This document shows, in pieces, positions 46,538 to 55,940 of a DNA stretch of 64,000 bases (its first letter is position 1; the number at the start of each line of letters is the position of its first letter). Made by a program: the position numbers and the translations under genes. The stretch lies in the IMG/VR virus record IMGVR_UViG_3300046780_000733. The stretch is one strand, 5' to 3'. Below the pieces are notes generated by a model. It did no database searches, was not told where the DNA came from, and was given only the letters and a program-made list of their open reading frames with translations. This DNA is from a virus.

Positions 46538-46860
46538 GTGAGACGATTCTTTCCTGCCCAATGTGCGATTCAGAATCAGTCCTGTCGCACGACGGTGATT
46601 TTGATGAGCCTGATCGCGCAGGGCAGTTCTGGGTCGAATGCACCGGCGACGACTGCATGATTAATGGCTTGCCGAGCAACACGGCGGAAGAAGCAATCCG
46701 ACGGTGGAATCGGCGAGCGGTGCCGGAGACGACGAAGAGGCTGATCAATGCAGCCAGAGAGGCATTGGACGCCTGGACCGAAGACACACGAGAGTGGACT
46801 GAACTCGCAGAATCCATTGACGCGATCAAGCCGTTTTACGACCAAGAGGAGACCAAATGA
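46534..46860 (+). CDS. Lar-family restriction-alleviation-like protein
   Basis: CPMC..WVEC...C..EEAI..WNRRA. Confidence 0.7.
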   Translation: MSETILSCPMCDSESVLSHDGDFDEPDRAGQFWVECTGDDCMINGLPSNTAEEAIRRWNRRAVPETTKRLINAAREALDAWTEDTREWTELAESIDAIKPFYDQEETK

Positions 46861-47252
46861 TCCAGGAACTCGTTGACAGATTCATGGCCAACGAAGAGAC
46901 CATGAAAACCAAACTCGCAGCCAATCCTCCCTCTGACTACAGGGAGATCGTCAAGCTCGTCGTGGAAGCCGTCACCGAGTATGACTACGGTCCGAACAAC
47001 CTCGACCCGACTCGCATCCACGCCATCGATGACGGAGAGTACCAGGGCACACTCGTGTTCGTGATCGGCGCCAAAGGCTACCAGCCCTCAGACTACTGGT
47101 ACTGCCGGGTCTGTTACGGATCGTGCTCAGGGTGCGACACCCTGGAAGCAATCCGCGGCCACGGGTGCGAAACACCCACCCCCCAGCAAGCCACCGACTA
47201 CTGGACACTCGCACTCCACGTGGTTCAGTCAATCAAGAAGATGGACTACTGA
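46857..47252 (+). CDS. Conserved phage protein (YGSCSGCD motif)
   Basis: DDGEYQG.L..YGSCSGCDTL. Confidence 0.65.
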   Translation: MIQELVDRFMANEETMKTKLAANPPSDYREIVKLVVEAVTEYDYGPNNLDPTRIHAIDDGEYQGTLVFVIGAKGYQPSDYWYCRVCYGSCSGCDTLEAIRGHGCETPTPQQATDYWTLALHVVQSIKKMDY

Positions 47253-47277
47253 CATCCGATGAAAATTCGTTGCAAGC

Positions 47278-47307
47278 AGCCATCCCCGTACCAGGATGGC
47301 TTTTTTT
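47278..47307 (+). terminator. Rho-independent terminator
   Basis: AGCCATCC-ccgtacca-GGATGGCT followed by a T run. Confidence 0.8.
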
Positions 47308-47500
47308 ATTTTTCTGGTTTTAGCCTTTTCTGAATTCCACTCCTGAATCCAAAACCGGGGTAGGGGAGGGGGAGGAGGGGCGCCGTACGGGGGTTGACGA
47401 ACCAGGTAGAATCCACCCCATCCCATGGCGCAGCGGATTCCAATACCACCCTTGCAAGTAGACGTTGCTTTCCGTCGCGATCATGCTAACGAGGTGCGAC

Positions 47501-47728
47501 ATGCTCAATGCGTTCGTCAAGTACACCACGGTATACGGGGTGTCACTAACATTGGCAGCGACTCGCATCCTCGGCCATACATCTGTCCCCTTTCAGGCGG
47601 TCGCTCACCTGTGGGTCGGATCACTCTTCGGAGTCTGGCTCGTTAGACGAAATCGCGTCTTCCTCGACGCCGTAATAGCGATGGGCTCCGTAGAACTCGT
47701 CTGCTTCTTCGCGCTGGGACATCAGTGA
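47501..47728 (+). CDS. Small membrane protein, paralog of 19894-20133
   Basis: FQAVAHLWVG; GAGGT RBS. Confidence 0.65.
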   Translation: MLNAFVKYTTVYGVSLTLAATRILGHTSVPFQAVAHLWVGSLFGVWLVRRNRVFLDAVIAMGSVELVCFFALGHQ

Positions 47729-48029
47729 CCCTAGATCAACCCCATCTAGGCAGTGGCCCGCACCCACCACCCACCAGCGGACCACCCAGCCCCCTCTCCA
47801 CCCAGCCCAACGCAGAGCCACATCACACCGCCTTCCCTGGCAAACCCACGCCACAGCCACACAGGCAGACAGGCAGCACAGCAACTCCTCGTCCACGACG
47901 GTTAGCACAACTACCAGTCGGTGATCCAGGCCAGTGTCAGCAAATACCAGGATAGGATCAGTGGGTGGATCGCGGGGGCAGTATCCCAGGCGTACGTGCT
48001 CATATGTCGGGGAGTGGATGTGGGGGAGG

Positions 48030-48215
48030 GGTAGATGGGTAAGCAGGGCAATTGGCAAGATAGGAATTCCAGGCAAGGCAGAGGATTGGTAGTCTGGGCT
48101 ATCTGAATATGGATAGAAATGCTTGGAAGTCTTGCTAGCCATGGTAACCTGATGATGCTAAGCAAGATAGATAGGCTTGGATGACTTCCAGTCTAGGCAG
48201 GATAGGCATTATAAG
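48030..48215 (+). repeat. Degenerate ~9-bp tandem array
   Basis: ggcaagata ggaattcca ggcaaggca ... ggaagtctt gctagccat ggtaacctg ... ggcaggata ggcattata. Confidence 0.6.
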
Positions 48216-48335
48216 TCGAGTTTAACGTAAACGTACACAAGCCGAACGGTGTGTTGCCGATGCCAGCCTGATTAGATCGTTGTTATTGCTAGGATCTTGC
48301 TGGGCAACCAGGTAGAGCGCACCAGGCAGACGCCT

Positions 48336-48436
48336 AACCTTCCGGAACGAATTCCGGAAGGTTGTATGGCAAGTGCTCCCCCTCCACCGTATGGGGAACC
48401 CACCATACAACCTTCCGGAATTCGTTCCGGAAGGTT
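48336..48436. repeat. 28-bp palindrome copies 2 and 3 forming a perfect 34-bp inverted repeat
   Basis: 48336-48369 is the exact reverse complement of 48403-48436. Confidence 0.95.
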
Positions 48437-49037
48437 CCCATACTGTTACGCGTTGTAGCAGTAAAGCGCGCTCAATATCGGACAAACTTTATTAATTGTC
48501 AGCCGTGGTGGTGGTGTCAGTGCTGGTGCTGCATCCTAGCGGCCGGTTCGCTGGCCAGTCCACCAGACCAGACAGGCAAGCCTTCACTTGCCTATCATGA
48601 TCCGAGGGCCGGTTCTCGGATCTCTGGCCTGTTCAATGGGCTCTATCGACGTCCTAGGATCGTCTAGGACGAATCGCCATCGGTAGGTCTGATGGATTCT
48701 ACCTTGGTTTGTTCGGATCGTTCCCAGAGCATTCTAGACGTCCAGTCGTTTTTCCCAATCATAGGCGACTTGCCTATGATGGTGTTTTGTCCACTTGTCT
48801 TATTTCACGAGTGTCCAAGATGGTGATACATAAAACTTCGCACTCATAAGAAAACTGCTTCGTTTTGGTTTAGCGGCTTAAAAGACTGGGATTTTGTAAA
48901 AACATGGGCAACTGGAATTCTTAATCTGGATAAGATCCTGAAAAAGAGTGTTGAGAATCGTCCGGCCGATCCGTATAGATATAGTGTGGACACGCGAAAT
49001 CTTGAGACACCAACCGACACCCGAACCGGAGAAATCG

Positions 49038-49232
49038 ATGAGCGCGACCGAAAATTTCACCGTGAAAACCTGCTACGGAACCGGATGGCGAATTCCGCAG
49101 GCCCCAGAATGTCCGAAATGGATGAGTCAGTCTGAAGCCATGCGCTACGCGGAATTGCGCAATCAAGGCATGCCTCATATCCAAGCATGGCATTACACGA
49201 ATTCCGAGCGCAAGCCATGGGGGTTTCGCTAA
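49038..49232 (+). CDS. Early-region hypothetical protein
   Basis: Conserved leader, then ATG at 49038. Confidence 0.55.
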   Translation: MSATENFTVKTCYGTGWRIPQAPECPKWMSQSEAMRYAELRNQGMPHIQAWHYTNSERKPWGFR

Positions 49233-49300
49233 CCCACCTTGGCCACGGATGGCCTTGCCTGAACTGATGAGACCTAAACCCCAACACAAGGAGAGAATCA

Positions 49301-49687
49301 ATGCAAGCCAACATCAAGCCCGGAACGAAAACTGCGGCAGTTACGCGTGAAGACATCAGAAGTCATTTCGCGTTGAGCGTAGCGAAGCTTGATGACAGGA
49401 CGGAATTGACGCTCAAGCAGAGATACCTTGACGCGGTCCGATTGCTTGACTATTTGACTTCCGCGCCTAAGCCAGTGATCGAAATCACCACCCACTTGGT
49501 GCGCCTTGCAAACCTTACCATGAGTCTAGCCGAGGGTAGGCTCATTGGAATCCGTACTTACCAGCGCGGAGAATGCCAAGTGCTGGTCGTGAGCATGTCA
49601 CGCGAAGATAACAGCGGATCAAGCTGGAATCTACGCGTCATGACAACGACTGGCGACACGTTCCACGTTTACACTAGATCCTATTGA
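49301..49687 (+). CDS. Early-region hypothetical protein
   Basis: AAGGAG leader. Confidence 0.55.
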   Translation: MQANIKPGTKTAAVTREDIRSHFALSVAKLDDRTELTLKQRYLDAVRLLDYLTSAPKPVIEITTHLVRLANLTMSLAEGRLIGIRTYQRGECQVLVVSMSREDNSGSSWNLRVMTTTGDTFHVYTRSY

Positions 49688-50250
49688 GGTCAGCCATGAA
49701 TTACCTTGTTACGCGTCGCACACTTGACCGCGAGACCGCGCGGCCCGTCACCGTGTATCACGCGATGAGATTCAAGAACGGGACGGGCCAAGAAGAATGG
49801 ACGCAAAGCCTTGACCTCGCGCATCGATACACTCGCGAGGAAGCCGATAAGATTCAATCCTGGCACCCAGGATCAACAATCGTCGAATCCTGACTACCAC
49901 GAAACGAGGAACCATGCCACCACCAGAACCAAGCATCGATTCCCTTGCATCCATGATCGACGAAATCGAAGCGTCGATTCCCGGATTCTTGGACGCCATC
50001 AAGGAAGAATACTGCGATATCGTCGCCACCATGCCAACCAAGAGGAACAAGGCGATACGTCGCCTCCACGATCGACTTTCGCGCGTGATCTCTTATATGC
50101 AGTGACAACCTACCACGAGAACCCGGAGAAACCATGTTGAACCAAGTCAAAGACACCTGCGTAGCAATAGGGTTGGTCCTAGCGCTGGTTACCCTGATCA
50201 GAGTCGTCCCATTGCTGGCCTTGCTAGCATCGTTCTGAAGGAGCCAAGCT

Positions 50251-50664
50251 ATGCGTCTCAAGAAGATTCAAGACATCGATTCTGGGATAACCTACGCATC
50301 CCATGAGATCAACCATGGTGACTGGCCGTTCCGTTTTCTGGTGCGCGTCCAGTATTGCGACGACTGGGATTCTGAGTGGGCGCGGAACGGCAAGTATTAC
50401 TGCATGATCCAAGCTGTTTCACCCGTTGCAGCCGTCGAAAAGATCAACGATGCAATCCGTTCAATTGGCATGGAACGGGAAGAATTCGACGGTCTTACGT
50501 CGGATTGGCAAGGGCTGATCCTAGCCGAGTACGGGACGGCTGCAACACTCTGGCAATCCCAGGGTAACAACCTGCGAAAGCTCCTCAGGGAAGCGCGACA
50601 CGAATTGAAGTCGATAGACTTCCTATTCGGGTTCGCCATGGACAAACCGCAAAAGCGCCGATGA
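50251..50664 (+). CDS. Early-region hypothetical protein
   Basis: AAGGAG RBS. Confidence 0.55.
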   Translation: MRLKKIQDIDSGITYASHEINHGDWPFRFLVRVQYCDDWDSEWARNGKYYCMIQAVSPVAAVEKINDAIRSIGMEREEFDGLTSDWQGLILAEYGTAATLWQSQGNNLRKLLREARHELKSIDFLFGFAMDKPQKRR

Positions 50665-50775
50665 TGCGCCGCTGGGCGCTCGAAAACCTTGCAAACCTGC
50701 GCCGTACGATCCGCGCATCGAAAACCACAATCCACAATTGAGTGGATGCACAACCTATTCACGAGAAAGGATACG

Positions 50776-51084
50776 ATGATGGAGATCAGAGATCACGACG
50801 GAACCGTTATCCAGCGATCGCGCAACCTCGCTGGTATCCGTCGCTACGTCGGCGGAATTCACGCGCCGATCATCAAGATTCTAGACGTGTCGCGCGTTGG
50901 ACAAGGAGAGGGGATGCTCTCGATTCTATTCGAGAATCGCGCCAGTTTTCAGGCCAATTTCGCGGATTACATTGTGCTTACCCGTTTCGTTCGCGCATGG
51001 CGCAACGTGCACGGTGCGCCATTGTCTATTGACGGAGTTGCTGCGGGATTCGTGTCTCGCAACAATCCACCAGAGAAGGAGTAA
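50776..51084 (+). CDS. Early-region hypothetical protein
   Basis: AAAGGA RBS; SRNLAGI..WRN.HG. Confidence 0.55.
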   Translation: MMEIRDHDGTVIQRSRNLAGIRRYVGGIHAPIIKILDVSRVGQGEGMLSILFENRASFQANFADYIVLTRFVRAWRNVHGAPLSIDGVAAGFVSRNNPPEKE

Positions 51085-51089
51085 TCACC

Positions 51090-51527
51090 ATGGAAAACAA
51101 TAACATCTTCGATGATGACATGTTGACCGATGCAATCCAGCCAATCTACCAATTGGCATGGGCGCACGTCGCGGAATCCCACGGTGAGAGTTTCAGTGGA
51201 TGCGAGCTCACCGAAGTTTGCCCAGAGGGGCCAGAGGATCAACTCCTCCCGATCGCGCGGAAATGGCTTGCAACTCTTGAACACGCGTTCGGCCCTCTGA
51301 AGCCGCGCTTCAAGAAACTCGGGATTGACTGGGATCAAGAGTCGGACGCGTTGTATTACTGCTTTATGACCCTACTGGGCCATGGTGTCGGATTCTCTGA
51401 TTACTGCTACGAAAACGACGTCGAAGAACCGGCTGACATGGCTTGTGGACGATGGCCACTAGGTGAGGATTGCGACGTCGCCGAAATTGCAGAGCAACAG
51501 TACGCGATTGCAAACCCCGAGGATTGA
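51090..51527 (+). CDS. Acidic early-region protein
   Basis: AAGGAG RBS; GHGVGF.D motif. Confidence 0.55.
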   Translation: MENNNIFDDDMLTDAIQPIYQLAWAHVAESHGESFSGCELTEVCPEGPEDQLLPIARKWLATLEHAFGPLKPRFKKLGIDWDQESDALYYCFMTLLGHGVGFSDYCYENDVEEPADMACGRWPLGEDCDVAEIAEQQYAIANPED

Positions 51528-51570
51528 TCGAGATTACCTGAACCCCAACCACCAACCGAGGAGAACCCGA

Positions 51571-52146
51571 ATGTCGTTCATGCAGCCCGAAGTTTATGAG
51601 ACTGATTACTACGCCGTTGAAGCCGACTGTGGATCAACATGGATCGTTCCGGCCGATGTTTGCAGCGCTGACACGTGGGGTGATCTTGCCGACTACGTCG
51701 AAGCAATGATTGACGAACCAGACGAACCCGCTGTCTTGTCGCATGGCTGGATATATCGAATGAGCGCGGAAGGTTACATGGATTGCACCGATTGGAGCGC
51801 GGCAGATACAGAACTGGAAGCGCTCGAAGAATTTCTTTCGATGGAGGGTTCTCAAGAGGAAACCATTGACGCCTGGGAAGTCGGGATTCAAGAGCGTATC
51901 CACGCGATCAAGGGACTGAGTCGTTTCGAGTGCATTGAGACCTCTTCCGATTTCCGCGTGCTTGACCGATACACGGGTCAAGAGGCTTGCATGGGAGACG
52001 GAGTCGATCAAGACTACGGGTCTGAAGACAACCCCCTTACCGTCGGCATGGAAGGCTTCCGCGAGGCCTGGGAGCGTGATCTAAACGATTCCCCCGATAC
52101 GCTGGAAGCTTACTTCCGGGATCAATACGAGCGGGAAAACGAGTAA
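51571..52146 (+). CDS. Highly acidic early-region protein
   Basis: GW..RMSA.GYMDCTDW; very D/E-rich; conserved leader. Confidence 0.6.
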   Translation: MSFMQPEVYETDYYAVEADCGSTWIVPADVCSADTWGDLADYVEAMIDEPDEPAVLSHGWIYRMSAEGYMDCTDWSAADTELEALEEFLSMEGSQEETIDAWEVGIQERIHAIKGLSRFECIETSSDFRVLDRYTGQEACMGDGVDQDYGSEDNPLTVGMEGFREAWERDLNDSPDTLEAYFRDQYERENE

Positions 52147-52243
52147 CCTGCGCCCGAGTAGGCTCTGCCCTACTCGGGGTTCTATTCCGTGCATTCCGTC
52201 GAGTGCATGGAATTCAGCCCCGAGAACCCGACAGGAGAGAACC

Positions 52244-52489
52244 ATGGAATGCATTACCCTGAGTTACGGCCTGGTGCGCGGTGCAGCCAAGAATTACCCC
52301 TACCACCAGCCAGCGCGGTACGAATCACGCGTAACGCGTGACGGTCGGACAGTGTGGAGCTACGTCGGACATTGCGGCCTCGCACGTCGGTCTAGTCGTC
52401 TCGCAATCAGGGATGCGCAAGCACTAGCTGCTAGCCTAGGCATCGAGTATCGGGATTACGTGCGACACAATCACGCCGCTACTGTCTGA
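52244..52489 (+). CDS. Early-region hypothetical protein
   Basis: Conserved leader. Confidence 0.55.
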   Translation: MECITLSYGLVRGAAKNYPYHQPARYESRVTRDGRTVWSYVGHCGLARRSSRLAIRDAQALAASLGIEYRDYVRHNHAATV

Positions 52490-52531
52490 TGCATCCACTC
52501 AATCACCCCGAGAACCCGAAAGGAACCAACA

Positions 52532-52837
52532 ATGTCCACTCTGCTTTGCGACGAAACTACCGCCGATATCCTCGTGACCATTCCCCGGTTTAGCGAACGG
52601 CAGGCCCGACGCCTGAACTCGCTGGCCTGCGAATTATCCTGGATTCGCGCGGCCGGGTTCACACTGTCTGATCGCCTGGAGCGATTCAGTCGGCTCCTAT
52701 GCGATCTGGCCAGTGAAACACGGTCCGATCCGTCCGAATTGTGGGATCAGGTTACCCGATTGGCTGATCACATTGACGCCGATAGCAGACAGTCTGCTAA
52801 CGCCGATCTGGCCAGGAAAGCGAGAGTTGCGTCATGA
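52532..52837 (+). CDS. Early-region hypothetical protein
   Basis: Conserved leader. Confidence 0.55.
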   Translation: MSTLLCDETTADILVTIPRFSERQARRLNSLACELSWIRAAGFTLSDRLERFSRLLCDLASETRSDPSELWDQVTRLADHIDADSRQSANADLARKARVAS

Positions 52838-52901
52838 CGGACTGTTGCCGAACCGACGGAACTAGACGGCGCAGGCACTCAGCAGACCCAGCTAAGCGCC
52901 G

Positions 52902-53138
52902 ATGGTACGCTCAGTACCGATGCACCAGATTTGCGCGGAGAATGCTGGGATGAAGAAAATCGATGGTCGCCGAAACAATACACGGCCAAAAACCGGGAAG
53001 GCGCGAGAAGAGCTGATCAGAATTCGTGTTTCGCTCGATGAAAAACGAGCGATCGAGGATTACTCGCTGAGCCTAGGTCTCACCACATCCGAGCTAATTC
53101 GGGAAAGTCTGCTTGCCAGAATCGCAACCACGGACTGA
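52902..53138 (+). CDS. Ribbon-helix-helix DNA-binding protein
   Basis: IRIRVS.DEK..I......GLT.SELIR. Confidence 0.7.
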   Translation: MVRSVPMHQICAENAGMKKIDGRRNNTRPKTGKAREELIRIRVSLDEKRAIEDYSLSLGLTTSELIRESLLARIATTD

Positions 53139-53165
53139 CCCTGCCCCGTAAACCGATCAACCCTT

Positions 53166-53198
53166 AGACCGCCCATCACTTCCGATTGGCGGTCTTCT
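53166..53198 (+). terminator. Putative terminator
   Basis: AGACCGCC...GGCGGTCT-TCT; weak U tract. Confidence 0.45.
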
Positions 53199-53359
53199 CG
53201 TGCGCTCCAAGAACCGCCTAGGAACGATCGGCGCGCGAGAACGTGGAATCTATCACGCCATTGGCTCTCAACGCGTCTAGCGTCATCCTAGGACGTCTAT
53301 CGCCTATCCTGGATTGATCCGCCAGTGTGGCCCGAGACATCTTCTCGCGCCCGAGCGCA

Positions 53360-53730
53360 CGGGCACCCGTACGTGATCGCGATCACGCGTAGGCACGTGC
53401 TGCGCACGTACGCGCGCGATCACGGTCGAGCGCACGCGCTACACACGTACGCGCATAGGCGCGGGAGCGCACGGGCTGCGCGTGTACGCGCACGATCACG
53501 GGCAGGCACGCGCTACGCGTACGCGCACGATCACACGCGTACGAACGCGCTACGCGTACGCGTATAGGCGCGGGTTCGCACGCGTATGCGTACGTACGCG
53601 ATCACGCCTGCGCACGCACGCCGCGCGTATACGCACTATCACGCCCACGAGTGCACGCTGCGGGTATGCGCACGATCACGGGCAAGCGCATGGGTGTATG
53701 TCGCGCGCACGATCACGCCTGCGTACGCAA
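53360..53730 (+). repeat. Ten-unit ~37-bp periodic alternating purine-pyrimidine array
   Basis: GATCAC at 53381, 53418, 53494, 53529, 53600, 53674, 53711; TATCAC at 53637; ATAGGCGCGGG at 53456 and 53564. Confidence 0.8.
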
Positions 53731-53833
53731 GGCCCTAGGATCGCCCTAGGACGCGTTGCCTAGTCGAAACGTGGAATCTATCGACCCTATGGGTGCCGAC
53801 TCGTCCAGAGTGATTCTAGGACGTCCTAGGGCC
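53731..53833 (+). repeat. CTAG-rich hairpin with AATCTATC centre
   Basis: GGCCCTAGGA...TCCTAGGGCC ends; AATCTATC at 53775. Confidence 0.7.
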
Positions 53834-54175
53834 ATGATAGCATAGTCTATCCTGGGATGAGAGCTAAGCCGGCGGTCTCTACGCGTACGCGTGCGTACGA
53901 ACTGCATCCACTCAATCTTGATGTCTAGTGTACGCATGGTCCGGATTGGCATGGCCGGACAGAACTCATAAGAGTAAATTGATCCCAGACCCCAAAATGC
54001 GCAGGTGTTTATTGATATAAGAAAAAAAGTTTTATCGAGAATTCCCAGTGTTTCAAGCCACTAACGCTGTGAGTGGATGCACAATCCGCGTGTTTGAAAC
54101 GTTCCGAAGACAATATTCTGGCGCGGGCAACGAGTTACTCTCGTTACGAAAACGCAAACGACAAAGGAGAAAACG

Positions 54176-54535
54176 ATGAACTCAACCAAGAGCCGGAAAA
54201 ACGCGAGCCTAGGTCAGTACAAAGTGGTTTTCGACTCTGTGAACGCAGTGGATGGTTGGGATTGGGCGATTCTGGACGCGCAAGGCGAAGAAATCGAACG
54301 GTTTACGGAAGAAGTAGACGCGGTCAGTGTTGCCCGCGATATGGCAAAAGCAGAGGCAGAGGCAGAGGCAGAGGAGAGGGCAGAGGCAGAGGCAGAGGCA
54401 GCGGACCAGGCGGCAACAGAGCAGGCTGAGAGCGACCTTGACAGCTTGAATGATATCATCGGTGACCTCGACCCCTCCACCCCCAAAGGCCGCGCTAGAA
54501 TCGCCTATCTTCTCAAGATTGCCAAGGCAATGTAA
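54176..54535 (+). CDS. Stand-alone acidic protein with (AE)n repeat
   Basis: AAAGGAG RBS; GCAGAG repeats; own terminator. Confidence 0.7.
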   Translation: MNSTKSRKNASLGQYKVVFDSVNAVDGWDWAILDAQGEEIERFTEEVDAVSVARDMAKAEAEAEAEERAEAEAEAADQAATEQAESDLDSLNDIIGDLDPSTPKGRARIAYLLKIAKAM

Positions 54536-54550
54536 ACGACCCATCCTACC

Positions 54551-54577
54551 AAGCCCCTCAAGTGAGGGGCTTTTTTT
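54551..54577 (+). terminator. Rho-independent terminator
   Basis: GCCCCTC-AAGT-GAGGGGC followed by T7. Confidence 0.85.
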
Positions 54578-54684
54578 ATGCGCACTATATAGAACGCGCG
54601 CACGTCACGCGCGTATGCGCGCACGCGTGCGCGTAATGATTGCATCAAGGACAAGACCGCGCGGAATCGCACGCGCGGCAGGCA

Positions 54685-54780
54685 AGGCCTCTAGGACGTC
54701 CTAGGACGCGTCGCACGGCCGCGCCGTCCAATCTATCATGCCAGTCCGTCCGGACGCGTCCTAGGGGCTGCTAGAGGCCT
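54685..54780 (+). repeat. CTAG-rich hairpin with AATCTATC centre
   Basis: Perfect stems AGGCCTCTAG/CTAGAGGCCT and CCTAGGACGCGTC/GACGCGTCCTAGG; AATCTATC at 54730. Confidence 0.8.
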
Positions 54781-55030
54781 AGAAAATCCGAGGAGCAGAT
54801 TAAGTGTGGCAACAGACAGGACGCCGATCCCTGGGATAATGGGTAGCAGTCACGAGACTGCCCCTCGTCCCCTAGGACCGCTTGCCATGCCTGACAGTCC
54901 AATCTATCGACCGATCACCCGCGAGCCCCGCTCGGCTCATCCTGGGACGCGTAGCGGGCCGCCTGCGTGTATCGCTCCGTCCGATCCGGACAGTCACGCA
55001 CGGCCCGCGCAGCCAGGACAATACATGCTT

Positions 55031-55219
55031 GCAAGCAATGTCAAGATGGGAATCATGGCGAACATGTTAGATTTGAGCGACTTGCGAAACATTGGAAATA
55101 CGGGTATCACTGGCAACATAGGCAGTATGTGCAAAATAGGAATTGCGGGTAATTTTGGTAGACTTGGAAAGATTGGCAGAATGGGCAAAACAGGGTAAAT
55201 GGGAAGTCTGGGCGAATGC
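55031..55219 (+). repeat. 21 x 9-bp degenerate tandem array
   Basis: Strict 9-nt register, consensus about GGNARNATN. Confidence 0.75.
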
Positions 55220-55384
55220 ATGCGTGTGGTTCGCGCCTGCATGAGGGTGCGCGGGCGTGCGCGTGTATCCGAGGGGCTGGCAAATTTGCCTATACTTTTG
55301 GGGCTTCGTTGCGCTGCCTATTTACACCGAAACTTTCCAAAGGCCTCTGGCGTGCATGTGCGCCCGAGGCTTTCTTTCTTTCGC

Positions 55385-55888
55385 TCATACTTTTGGTCTT
55401 TGGCTGGGCATGCTCTTTTCACCTGGGTTGCTAATCATCTCGACTGCCCGATCAACCGCCTTTCCTAAGAGTCCCGGGAACGGACCACCTAGTTTGCCGT
55501 TCAATCGCTCTCGGGCGATCTGGCGAAGTGTCGCCCGTGATAACCCGGCCGCCACTGCATCCAGAAAAAGCCGGTCTGAGGCGAGCACGTGGGCCGCGTC
55601 CCTGCCCTCGTGATACTCTCGCGCGATCATTTCTCGCCGTGCTACTATCTCGCGGTTCCGTTCCGTCTCTCGCTCGAATCCATCTATCCCGTATTCGGCG
55701 AGCTGGCTGCGCAGGCTCGTCTCTAGGGTTCTCTCTTTGTTGCAGGCGTTGCACTCGTGATGAAACGTGGTCGCCGTCGATCGGTTTCTGACGAATAGCT
55801 CGCGGGGTTTCTCTTGCTTGCATCGGGAGCAACGCAGGAGTGCCGGGCAATCATCTGGGATTGGCAGGTCTGAGCGTCTAGCAGCCAC
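55385..55888 (-). CDS. Zinc-finger protein
   Basis: RCSRCKQEKP...F..ECNAC; GGAG RBS. Confidence 0.55.
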   Translation of the reverse strand: MAARRSDLPIPDDCPALLRCSRCKQEKPRELFVRNRSTATTFHHECNACNKERTLETSLRSQLAEYGIDGFERETERNREIVARREMIAREYHEGRDAAHVLASDRLFLDAVAAGLSRATLRQIARERLNGKLGGPFPGLLGKAVDRAVEMISNPGEKSMPSQRPKV

Positions 55889-55904
55889 GGGGAAATCTCC
55901 ATAG

Positions 55905-55940
55905 AAAAACCCGGCCTAGGCCACGTGCACCTAGACCGGG
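55905..55940 (-). terminator. Rho-independent terminator
   Basis: CCCGGTCTAGG..CCTAGGCCGGG followed by TTTTT on the minus strand. Confidence 0.7.

Noticed and set aside
49255-49300. Hammerhead ribozyme (CTGATGAG)
   Set aside because: No stem II and no GAAA follows.
53360-53730. CRISPR array
   Set aside because: Only a 6-12-nt anchor recurs, the filler is low-complexity and no cas genes are present.
54806-55198. Collagen-like GxxGxx protein
   Set aside because: The 9-nt period runs past the stop codon, there is no clear RBS, and the sister array at 48030 has frame slips.
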